This document shows positions 1 through 11,685 of a stretch of DNA of 64,000 nucleotides, in pieces. The stretch comes from Stylophora pistillata (taxonomy: Eukaryota). Position 1 is the stretch's first letter, and the number at the start of each line of letters is the position of its first letter. The DNA lies in NCBI RefSeq assembly GCF_002571385.2, contig NW_019217928.1, positions 78,600 to 142,599 of the forward strand, given 5' to 3'. A program made the translations under genes and the position numbers. The notes under the pieces were generated by a model. It worked only from the letters and a program-made list of their open reading frames with translations. It was not told where the DNA came from and searched no databases.

Positions 1-314
1 GATAAAACAAAACTATTAGCTAAAGAAACAAAAAGGACTGGTTTGGGTGCCCGAACTTGCTTTCTTATCCTTTAAAATTTTGATTTTAAAACATGGCTTC
101 GGGTCCGTTATTTTACCGGGCCCGTAAAGCTGTTCTGTCTTCATTCTAGATGGGGATTTCGAAAGTTTTGAAAATGATACAATAAAACTATCAGCTAAAG
201 AAAGAAAAAGGACTGGTTTGGGTGCTAGAACCTGCTTTCCTATCCTTTAAATTTTGCTTTTAAAACATGGCTTCGGGCCCGTTAAGATACCGCGACTTTC
301 GAGAAACGGGCCCC
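1..314. mobile_element. Right end of a non-autonomous DNA transposon (PIF/Harbinger-like) with ~180-bp subterminal tandem repeats
   Basis: Ends in ...TTTCGAGAAACGGGCCCC (a GGGGCCCGTTTCTCGAAAG-type TIR). Segments 10-110 and 185-283 are near-duplicates. The left end lies outside the window. Confidence 0.5.
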
Positions 315-1110
315 TGCTGGTAGCTAACGTATAATTGTGACTGCTTTTAACCGATACCAAATAGAGAAATAGTACAAACACTTGATTATTCGCGACAGAG
401 AGAGATTAAAATCTCGAAGAAAGTTGTTGAGGGAAAAGCCCAACACGCCGCCAACAAGGCAAAGATAATCGAAGCAGTGAACCATGACACGAAATAAACA
501 CGACCAACCAAGAGGAAAAAACCTGAAATATTTTCATGTATGTTGTTAAAAAGTAATCAAATGATTTATCTCGCACAATTTGGGATATAGCAGCTCTCGT
601 AGATTTTTCAGAGAAAATTTACTCCAGCTGATTTATACCACATTGCACTCGAAATCATGTGATAACCTAGTATACAAATTGCACTCCACTCAGTTTATTC
701 CATTATAAATTTTCACCAAATAAACATAACCCTCTATTAAATAACAAAAATAACGCAACATTTCTCAATACACACTGTCCTCGAAAAGAGGACCAGTTTC
801 TCCACATCTACCTCAACATTACGCTTTCGCACTCAATTCTAGAATCCGTCCTTTATTATTGTCTTTATCTATGGATTAATGATAGTAGTAAAATTATCAT
901 AACGATAATAGGAATAGTAGAATAAATTGCTGTCGTAAACGTTGCAAAGATAATATCTGAGCTTTTCTATTGTCCTTTAATTACAAAAGTCCAGTCCAAG
1001 TTACGTATTGAGAAACGAAAGCGAGGCTCGTTGTCAAGGCTCTCAATGAACGACAAGATGGACTCTGATTAGTGGACAGAGTTGTAAACTAAACTCGAAT
1101 AGTTTGTGGT

Positions 1111-4100
1111 ATGGATCTGATAGATTTAATAGGCGACTCTAAAACAGACAGCCTGCCAGCTGGGTTTTTACGCTCGATCAAAATCAAGTACAAACAAGAA
1201 TCGTCGCGAGTGTTCCCACCAGGAACTCCGTATCATTCCACGGACCTCACTGACAAAGCTCCTCAAGTGAATCGTGGAGGTCAAAGAAGTGCCTCAGCTG
1301 CGAGTAACTCTTCTGCACCGGTAGGTTGTTAAGTCGCTGGGAATTTACATGTCATTAAAGAAAAACCTGGTATATGTTCCGCTTTCTGCCCCACACCGCA
1401 CAATAATCTAGTTTTCCGGCGAAGATGTAGCTCATCTACATTTGTTTACAGTAAAAATTCACGGGTCACTAAGTGAAGGTCAACTTAGAGAGGCGTCAAA
1501 TTACGACTGCCTTGTTCGATAGCTGATCAAAGGAGTTTCTCAGTTTTTGATTTTCGATTTCTCTTTTCATGCTGTCTAAATTAATTGGTGGCTACGTGCT
1601 ACTAATCTGAGTTCTAAATTTTGTGCAACTTTGTGAAATCTTTATACTCGTTAAAATTTTAAGGAATTTCACAATGTGCTAATCTTGTTAATTATACGTA
1701 CTTGTTTCACGACAAAAGGTAATTTACCGAAAAAAACCTTCAAAAAAAATTCTGAAAAATCTTTGCCCAAAGAGGCTAGTCCTTAATGATCTTTATTCTT
1801 TGTCCAAACTGGGTACACACTGTCGGGTAAAATTTTTAAGTTTATGGTAAGAAATCTGCTGAGGGTTTTTCTTTTAAATACAACATGGGTTAGCTCACTG
1901 GTAGCTGGCAAGGCCAATATATTACATCTACAGGTGCACCTACAATTTCACTAGCCGAGAATGCAGTTGCAGGTCTGGATTGGGCTGTTTGCAGCCATCC
2001 CTAACCCCTCCCAAAATTTAAAATTGGTCAGTGGAGTAATCACCATTAAGATTGTATAGTCAGTGAACTGGTAAAAGGATATTCTATTAAATTTGATTAC
2101 GGGTATGCACTTGACTTGGTATAATTTTAGCTTCCTCATATTTTGCCATCTCTGCATGACCATTCCTTTTTTTTAGAGTTTTATGGCATGGCATGTTCCA
2201 TCACGACTGATTCAGCAGCATAAACTTGAGCAGCCCCCTCCATGAGCAGGTAAGATCAATTGTATTGATTTAAAAAGAAAAAACAAAACCAGCATTTTTT
2301 CTTTTGTGGGGAGTGTGGGGGAAGGAGTGTTTGGGCATGATATTTTTGCTTTCAAATGTTCCTCTGAGAAATTATGCTTATGGCTGAGAAAGTGAATTTT
2401 TACTTGACAAAATGACACTGAGATGAGTTGTTCTTTTAGCTGCTTCATATTTTGCAGCCATTATATTTAATATTATTATATTGCAAGGTAGTCCAGAGAT
2501 AAATTCAAGTGTTCTGATTGGTTCTTACTTAGTGTGTATTGTGCTATGTGAACCATTTCACTAAAATGGTCACAAGGTGAGTAGTTTTGGTTACATAAGC
2601 AGACATTCAAATTGTACAAGTTTGGTTGGAGTGCCATATATTAAGTTAATTAATACTAAACTCCCTTGCTCAAGCTGTTCAGGGAAATATTGGCCCAGGT
2701 CCATACTACCAAGAACTTTGGCCAATATTCCCTTGCACAGCCCTTGCTCTTTGGTTGGTAAGTAAAATATTCAAGAAAAGTAATGGTTTTGAATTGCTTT
2801 TCTACTGAAAAAAGGTGGGTTTGTTGCACAGAGACACAAGTTAGGGTCCAGAACATCTGTACTGAGTGGACAGTCCCAGGGCAGTAAACAACTTCAACCA
2901 CCCTCCAGGGGAAACCATGATTGTGAGTTCAACTTAAAAGTACTGTTAAATAACTAAAGTCTATTTAAGGAAGCAGAATGGATTTGACTTCATATCATAA
3001 GTTATGGATACAAGCGGTGTTTTGAAATTGCCTGTTATTTTACAAGCTGTAACCAAGTGTAATTTGACAACATTTCACAACTTCACAAGTGACCAAAAAT
3101 CACAAGATGTACATGTCAAGCAGTTCGTACATTTCTTTGGTTAATACTCTTCTAAAAGCAAATTTGAACTTCCTTTAGAGCAATTTACTTGAAATACTTT
3201 TCAGAAGTTTTTGTTTACAATATAGCTGATCTTTTTATATATATTAACAACATTGACAGATGAACAAAGCTTCGTGTCTTTTCTATGTAACATAATACGC
3301 TTTACTTATCTTTAAAATTGTAAATTGGAGGGTGTAATTCAGAAATCTGGTATGGTAACATTGTATTTATAACCTGTTTATGCATTTGTAATTGAACATG
3401 TACAATAAAGATAGAAATAGATACAAAATAGTGCTGCTGCAGGAAGACAAGCTATTTTTTAAAATATTTTTTATGCAATACATAGTGCCCAGACTGCAGT
3501 CTGAAGCTAACCACTTGAGAAGAAGTCCCTTGCAAAGGCAACCCACATCAGCAGCAGCTCCAGTAAGTGATACTCAGTAACATGTCACCAAAAAATAATA
3601 CAGTTGAGCCCCTGTAACTCAAATTGCCAAGGGAAGTTGAACTTCAAGTTATTGGGGTTTTAAGTTGTAGGGGTTTTGAACAAAAAGACTAGAAACACTT
3701 GGTAAAAGAGATGTTATGCTTTTACATGCTTTATTGCAAAAAGAGCATAAAAACAACAACAACCAAAAAACAACAGATTGATTCCAGATTACAAGCCATT
3801 ATTTTTTTTCGCCAGACAGAACTGTCAAAACTGTTTGTTTATGGACATACAAATGAGTGATATTGACAAAAGTCAATTTGTCTTAATATATAAATGAGAT
3901 TAAATGTAATCTTCCAGTGCAAAATGTTATGGCTCATTAGTCCACAAAAGTGAAAATTGACTTTGAGTTAGAGAGGGTGAAATTACAAAGAAAAGTATCT
4001 GAAGGTAAGTAAAAATCACTTCAAGTTAGTTATAGGGGTTAAAGCTACAGTAAATGAGGCAAATCACTTTTGCTTTGAGGTAGCAGGGAATTGGAGTAAC

Positions 4101-7100
4101 CAAGGGTTCAAGGTATCGGGGTTCAACTGTAACAAATTATCGTCAAATAAGGTAAACAAAGGCACTATGAAGCTTCAGAGATTTTAATTTGCAGTTTTAG
4201 ATAACTTTTAATTGTTATCAAGAGAAATACTGTACATGACACCACCAGAGCTAAAATCGCAGATCCTATGATTGTGAGTATTAGTCCAGCATGCTAACTG
4301 CCAGTGAACTCTTTATTTTATGGACATCATTTTGCCATCTCCACGCGCAAATAGCAAAAGCTAGGTGAGGTGGGCGGAGAGCATNNNNNNNNNNNNNNNN
4401 NNNNNAGGAGACGTTAATTTCCCACACACGAGATTACTGTGTGATGGATGTCCTCCCCTGGGGTGGGATGGGTGAGTTAGGACAGCAGGTCCACATCAGC
4501 TATTACAGCTGCCAATTAATGAACCTGCTTAAACAAATAGATGAACTTCAAACTTCAAACTTCAAACTAATAATAATTGTAAAGTAACTAAATAAACTAT
4601 CTGGAGTGGATAAATAAGAATTACTGAAAAACAAGCTAAGGTTACTGCCACCCCATCTTGCATGATGCTGTGAAATTGAGCGAGACACTTTATTTTGACA
4701 GTCCAGGTAAATAAATGAGTTATATACTTTACAATTGAATTGTCCAGGAAGCCTGAAATGGAATGTTCAGCAGAAATTGGGTGCCTGTGATGGACAAGGT
4801 AACCATTCAAGAGGGGTAGAGAGAGACACCACAAATTTGTGTGCAACAGAAATCTGGGATAAACACCCACTGTTATGGGCCACTTTGCTCCAAGACTCAA
4901 ATCTTATTAATGTCAAAAACTCTATAAGGATTCAAGCACCCAACTTGAAAATAAAATACAGTTAGCAATATACTGTGTCCACAATTTGAATACCAGTTCC
5001 TTACTTCTTTCTCATCAGGCACAAATTACTGGTAATTAACACATTTGGGGGTATAGAGGTTGATATGTAGCAAAGCTCAATAGTATCATGCAAGATCTCT
5101 TTTTCCCCAAACTTCACTATTAAGTTCTTTGAACAGCCTTGGTACAAGACTTCTTTCTTTGTAAATACAGGCTTCATTGCCAGTGGTGGGGAAATCTTCC
5201 AAAGAGTCTGTTAGCCAAGGTAAGTGCACAACATCTATATGTCAAGGCATTTCTGTGCCAAGTTTGTCACCATTTACACTATTTTGGTTTTCACTTATTT
5301 GAACTCACAGTGTAGTTTGGGACATAGGTATCTAATAGGAAGTTAAATACTGGTTACACAATCTTTTTTCCAGACAAGAATCTTCCACAAGAACTGGAAA
5401 ATGCAAGGAAGATGGCCTTTCTAAAGGTAAAGTACAGCCCTGGGTGCATTGTTTAAGAGCGGATAACACTATCGTTATCCAGGGGATAAGTGTTACCAAA
5501 ACGTCAGTTGCGTTAACTAGCAGACAGAGATTTATTATTACCCTTCCAACAACCAGGGTGAGGCCAATTTGGCTATCCAAAGGGCAACAAACAGTACTCT
5601 TAGTTTATTGACAGAATGGAGAGTAAAGACAAACCATGGTTTATTTTTTTTAAGCCAATCTAATGTTGTAAAAAAATTTTTTTACACGACTCAGGCAGTC
5701 AGAGGGCCAATAACCAAAATCAAGCAATCAAAATGCTCTATTACCGGTCCAATATTCTCTAAGTATTGGACCAGGCACTGTCCCGAATGGTCCCGAATGA
5801 TACCGCACTTGTGTCCCTTTGAACTTCAGTCGTATAATAAATCTCTCATTAACCAAGCTTGCTCGGGACCACACTGGAAGAATATCGGCCCTCGGTCTTT
5901 TTTGTACGGACCTTACTGCGCCCGGTCCATACTGTCAAGACCTCGGACCGATATTCTCCCAGTACGGCCCTTGCGCTTGGTTAATAAGATATAGTATTAA
6001 TTGAAGAAATTTTGTGAAGGAACACAAACATTGTGCAGATGTGGTTTTATTATAAATTAGGTTCACCAGCTCAATTAATTATAGATTGCTGACATTTTCT
6101 CACTCCTTATCAGTGTATTGTTTATTTATCTTTTTAACCATATTGCTTTCTTTGCAGTCAATCAAGAAGACAATTCATCCTCAGTCATTGGAGGCAGTAG
6201 ATGACTGGTTGAAAAAAGCCACTGACAAAGGTTTATTTGAATTATGAAATGCATGCAATTATGTTATAATAGAATTTGGGACAAAAGTTGCTGAGGCATT
6301 GAAATCTTAGGATTTCTCAGACTTCTTTTTCTACTGTGACTTTAACTACAAATACTCTATGGAAGTTAATTTATCACCTGTTGTCTTATGCATTGGTCAA
6401 TACATGATGTACATGTATTTTGAAATGCATTGTAACTTGTACTTTTTCTTAATATTACACCAAGGCTTTACTATATATTTCTTTTTACTCTAAAAAGTGA
6501 GTGAACATTTTGTGCCCAAAAAAGGGCACAAAATTTTTCTGTCAATAGTTTTTGTTCCAGTTATACTAATTTCACGCTATAATAATAAAACATACAGAGC
6601 ATGGAAATAATTACTTTTATACAGAAAGATTCAGTGGGTTTTTCATTTGGTTGACAGAGCGCCAACTGGCCTTGAAATTTTTCAGTACTTTGTCTGGAGT
6701 TAAGGCAGACAAGATGGACTCACTGGGCCCTAAGATCAATCCTGATCACACAAAGGGAAACTGTGAGATCTGTGACAGTGGAAGAGTTGAGGAAGCTCTT
6801 GAGGCACTGGCTAGGTAAAAGACTGCATGCAAATAAATTTTAAGTGGACCGTAATGAACAGTATTATTAAATAAACATCGCTATGTACTCTAAATAACAA
6901 TCAGGATTCAAAGTCAATTAATAATCCTAACAAAATTAATTTTCTATTGATAGCAAATAATTTAGAGATTCACTGCCACCTTACTGTTGTTTCATAGAGA
7001 AGGCACCATTGCATCTTGTGGTAAGCTGCTGAACAATCCTAAGCGAGTTCCAGACATTACCAAACAGTCATATTACCAGAAAGTTCGACAGCGGCTCCCA

Positions 7101-7268
7101 GTTCATGTCAGGCAGCAGTTCCAGACATGGCACCATCTTCCTGTTTACAAAGTACCCAGTGATGCTGCCATTAACAAAAGTTCCATGTTCACACAGCCAC
7201 ACAAGGCCTATGGACGGCACTTTACTATCCATCCAGAATGGGGACTGCACAAGCCTATTTTGCTGTAA
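1111..7268 (+). CDS. Uncharacterised multi-exon protein (~320 codons); may be ciliary/testis-type
   Basis: Phase-consistent GT-AG exons: 1111-1320, 2177-2249 (contains in-frame TGA), 3486-3562, 5171-5219, 5374-5426, 6158-6230, 6658-6814, 6998-7268 (TAA). Peptides include IHPQSLEAVDDWLKKATDKERQLALKFFSTL and C-terminal SSMFTQPHKAYGRHFTIHPEWG. The last 5 exons are more secure than the first 3. Confidence 0.6.
3601..4129. mobile_element. Tc1/mariner (pogo/Tigger-like) MITE
   Basis: TA|CAGTTGAGCCCC ... GGGGTTCAACTG|TA termini with TA target duplication. Confidence 0.7.
4385..4405. other. Assembly gap (21 N)
   Basis: Run of N. Confidence 1.
5683..5993. mobile_element. Dispersed ~310-bp repeat; second copy at 54097-54407 in opposite orientation
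   Basis: High identity between the two copies (ORFs 5569/5819 mirror ORFs 54021/54068). A diverged relative lies at ~2480-2770. Confidence 0.8.
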
Positions 7269-8359
7269 ACAAATATTTCTAGATCAATTGCTGTGCTTTT
7301 TAATAGCATTCAAACTATGAAGTTGAAGGTTAACCATTGAAAATTTCTTTATTTCATACAAATTGAGATTTACACTGTGAAGTACTGTCATTTGTATCTC
7401 TGATTGGACGAACGATGTATTTCTACAGTTGTTTGCTTCCAAATGTGTCACTCATTAAGAAAAAAATCTCAGTATGTTGGAAATGAAAACATCATACCAT
7501 GGAAAGTGGTGGAGCTTGTTAATTTTTTTTTTTGATGCATCGCAACTCATGAATAAAAATTGTTTGTGCCCACTTTCCATGCAGGCCTCCTTGGAAGCAT
7601 GTGCAATCATTCAGAGGGTTAAGAATGTCATGTCCTGACTTGGGATTGGTGGAATTAAATCCATATATTTTTTTAAGCTCTCAGATTTCCATCATGATGA
7701 TAATTGAAAGCAGCATCAAATGAAACAGCAGGCTTACCCCATGAACTTCAGAGTTAGGTTTGTTATTGAAATGCTCAGTAAAAAAACAGCTGTAAGGTTT
7801 TTGTTTGGAAAACAAAATCAGTTCACAAAGTTAGTCTGCAGTAGACCTTCTGCCTTAAACCTTCTGCCTTCTGTAAACCTATTAGTTATGTGATCACTTG
7901 TTGGGAGAGTATGTTGGTGCAATTGAATGGTGGATGGTTACTAGAACCAAGTGTAGATTCAATTTTATTCCTCATAATTGTTAGGCCCAATATAATTATA
8001 TTTTCTTCTAAAGAGATCAAAAGAAAATTCAAATGTTGATCTTTTTAAGCACATTTAACAATGGATCTAGGCTTTTCAATTGTATTTGAATAACTATGTG
8101 GAGATTGTGTGTCATGTGTTATCTCTTTGCCTTTACTTGTCTCTCCTTACCCACAAAAAGCTTTGTAGTCCATTCAAAAGCTTTTTTGACAAAGCATGAC
8201 TAAGGAAACTGTGAAAAGTGGAAGGGGAACAATAAATGGAGATATAAGAGGTGGCATGAGTTTCTCATGAGTAAAGTAGAGAGGCAGTAGACAGTGTGTA
8301 ACTTTAGAGCTATATGTATACTATATGTGATGTGTTTAATTAAGCTACCTGATTTTAGT

Positions 8360-11354
8360 TTAGTCGTCAGTATCCAATCCAAACTCCTGATACATGGCTC
8401 TTGTTGTTGTTCCATCTATTTCAGCTTGAATAAATGAGAACACAGAATCACTGGTAATGACTTCCTTCAATCATTATTGATATGGTTGTCTGAATTGGTC
8501 AAACATGTAACTGCCAGAATCAGGAAGCACAAATCAGTATAAAATCTTGTTTAAGTGTTAACTTACAGAGAAAGGACTTTGCAGACTTGAGATAATTTAA
8601 TCCATCACACAATTTGTAACTGAGGAATAGTGCTAATTAAAGCACTTATAAAGCACATGTGCATACTACCCAGCACATAAAGAAATTCAAAGCAATTCTT
8701 AATACCTAATTTTCCAAGGAGAAGTTGCCCCACATCTTTGATTTCATTGTACTCATGAAGCATCTGTATTTGCTGCTGGAGCTCCTTTTCACTGTACCTG
8801 ATATGATATGAATGAGTAGTTTCAATAGGCAATCACCTTAAGCAAAAGTTCAGACTAACCCTTTACACTTTAACATCAGTATGCATATTTTCCATACTGT
8901 TCTCTATACATTTCTTAAGTTATACACAAGGAGAATTTTTTTTTTAACGATAAAGAGCTTCTTTAGTTGGGGATCATTTCTTTTGTTACTCTAACCTTTA
9001 TGTTTGATTTAGGGGTGATGCTATTGGGAGATATTGAATGGGGGTGGGGTGGGGGAGCAAAGCATGCTTATCGCTCTTTGGGGTAAAAGGGTCGATGACA
9101 GAATTATGGTGCTAAAGCAGTTTCCACACAGACAAACAGGTTGAATATGCTGATTTTCAGGTGGTATAATAAAGTGCAATTTGATTTATGCATGGCTCAA
9201 GAAGAACTAGAGGTTAGGCTCACATTTGAAAGTACTTTGCACAACATTCATTGTTCTTTCATCCCACCACAAACTCAGGTACACTTACTCTTCACTGAGG
9301 TCTTTGATCTCGTTGTCCAGAATCTCTAACTTGGCTTTTAAAGTTTCAATCTCTTTGACCAGAGATGCTTCATCTTCAAGAGATGTAGTCTGCTGTCTCG
9401 TCTGAATCTAAAAGATTTATTTCAGATAGATATCTTAACAATATACTAGGTCCTGGCTCTTATCAAGTTTGTGCAACTCTCGTTGATCTTTTTTTGTCCC
9501 CCATCAGCTCTACTCCAGGGCTGGACACTAACAGTGGCCAACTAGCCACAGACCAGTAGAAATTCAGCTTTGGCTAGTGGTCTTTGATTTCCACTAGCCA
9601 GTTTGGCTAGTAAACAAACTGAAATTGCCGTAACTTCTAAGATGTCACTAGCCACTTGGCTAGTAAGTTGAAAAGTTAGTGTGAAGCCCTGCTACTCCTT
9701 AGATAAATCTAAAAGGTAAGGTAGTTCTCTACAAAATTTGATACATATTTTCCTTTAATGTCACATTGACCTTGGCATAAAGGTATGGTATGTACAATAA
9801 AGAGTTGTTCATTTTGATTTTAATCAAAGGTGGTAAAAAAAAAAAGTATCGTACTTACAGGTGACTTAAATGGTTGTCTTAACTTGGAGCTGCTTCTGCA
9901 AAAAAGACAGCAGAGGCTGAACCAGGACAAGACTTCATTGGACTACAACAGAACATAGCTGTAACGTTCTGGAGTTCGCTTATACAGTTCGCTTACAGTT
10001 CGCTTACAGCTCCTTTAGTTGTTCGTTATCCTAGATTGTATCACCTCCGTTCTCACTTTACCGTGCATAATAAATACTCGAGTAAATGTCTCCTGGGGCA
10101 TTGGGCGTGAACTTNTTATCAAGTTTGTGCAACTCTCGTTGATCTTTTTTTGTCCCCCATCAGCTCTACTCCAGGGCTGGACACTAACAGTGGCCAACTA
10201 GCCACAGACCAGTAGAAATTCAGCTTTGGCTAGTGGTCTTTGATTTCCACTAGCCAGTTTGGCTAGTAAACAAACTGAAATTGCCGTAACTTCTAAGATG
10301 TCACTAGCCAGTTGGCTAGTAAGTTGAAAAGTTAGTGTGAAGCCCTGCTACTCCTTAGATAAATCTAAAAGGTAAGGTAATTCTCTACAAAATTTGATAC
10401 ATATTTTCCTTTAATGTCACATTGACCTTGGCATAAAGGTATGGTATGTACAATAAAGAGTTGTTCATTTTGATTTTAATCAAAGGTGGTAAAAAAAAAA
10501 AGTATCGTACTTACAGGTGACTTAAATGGTTGTCTTAACTTGGAGCTGCTTCTGCAAAAAAGACAGCAGAGGCTGAACCAGTACAAGACTTCATTGGACT
10601 ACAACAGAACATAGCTGTAACGTTCTGGAGTTCGCTTATACAGTTCGCTTACAGTTCGCTTACAGCTCCTTTAGTTGTTCGTTATCCTAGATTGTATCAC
10701 CTCCCTTCTCACTTTACCGTGCATAATAAATACTCGAGTAAATGTCTCCTGGGGCATTGGGCGTGAACTTGGAGGCCTGGACACTACAATACCCTTCCCT
10801 AATGTCTTGTAGTTACGGGGTCTCTTGTTTCGCTAGCGCTTTAGACAATGGTTGAAGAGAAAATGAACGGTTCGTAAACCTATAAACGGATTTACATTAA
10901 CTAGGAATATCTGTTTAATTTCACCCTCACCCCGTTTCAGGCTTGCCTTTCATGAATATCATCAATCTGTAAATAATCATGTAATATACCTAAAGGGCTG
11001 TTTCCTGAATGCTCCTGGAGTTGTGTTCGTTCGCTGCTTTGGAGTACCACCGTTGTTTTTTGTTTCCAAATTACATTCATCATCGCCGTTTACGGTATTC
11101 AGAGAGTAAACTGGAGTGGCTGCTTTTTGGTTTGGGTTACTGTATCTACAAGGGAATGCATTATAAGAAAACGGCTCAGATTTTTGTCGTATTTTACGAT
11201 TGAGTATTCTTTTACGACGAGATATACGAATCATGTGATCGATGCGATAACTTTTGTGTAGCCCGGCACGGCAATTTTCATAAGCCTTGGGAAAAGTTAG
11301 TCACTAACAGATTATCAGAGCTTACATTTTTTGTTGGCCTTCCAAAGATTGCAT
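8360..11354 (-). CDS. SWI5: DNA repair protein SWI5/Sae3 homolog
   Basis: Secure exons: 8360-8424, 8706-8797, 9289-9407 and 9859-9895 (duplicated at 10515-10551). They encode RQPFKSP...IKDLSEEYSEKELQQQIQMLHEYNEIKDVGQLLLGKLAEIDGTTTRAMYQEFGLDTDD*, the Swi5 family signature. Likely upstream exons: 10990-11145 and 11326-11354. The start is uncertain; an alternative ATG lies at 11454. Confidence 0.85.
9460..10770. repeat. 655-bp tandem duplication separated by a single N (probable haplotype/scaffolding artefact)
   Basis: 9460-10114 matches 10116-10770 (offset 656) with ~4 substitutions; N at 10115. Confidence 0.9.
9516..9691. mobile_element. hAT-like MITE family (copies also at 10172-10347, ~15940-16581 interrupted, ~51210-51393)
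   Basis: CAGGGCT..CACTAAC / GTTAGTG..AGCCCTG TIRs, internal CTAGCCA/TGGCTAG motifs, 6-bp flanking duplication CTACTC. Confidence 0.7.
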
Positions 11355-11454
11355 TACTTCCTCGGCTTCTTGAAATGACAGTGAAGATAATTCAAGAATT
11401 TCTGCGGGAGTAAGCTACCTTTCACAAATTGTCCTTTACCGCGCTCGCCGCCAT

Positions 11455-11685
11455 TTTGTAAATGCCGCGGATGAAACATGGCTTTTGATTGGTTGAAGAA
11501 TTCCTGAGACAGCGATCTAAACTGGTTAGCCGATACTCCTCATGAGATCAAGCGCTGTATTTTGTATGGTTGTCTTGACAACAATGTGAAGGGAGGTGAA
11601 GTTGTTGCTGAAAAACAGATTGAGAAGATACATTTGCCTTTCAGACAGGTTTCTATCGGATTTTGGCTTATTACAGGGGGAAAAT
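11455..11685. promoter_or_regulatory. Bidirectional promoter SWI5/ODAD3 with RFX X-box-like palindrome
   Basis: Head-to-head starts ~230-330 bp apart. GTTGTC-TT-GACAAC at 11569-11582 resembles the RFX consensus GTTRCC-AT-GGYAAC. Reverse CCAAT (GATTGG) at ~11487. Confidence 0.6.

Noticed and set aside
9460-10770. Apparent exon duplication in SWI5
   Set aside because: The copies abut at a single N and differ by ~4 SNPs, typical of unmerged haplotype contig overlap. Including both 37-nt exons would frameshift.
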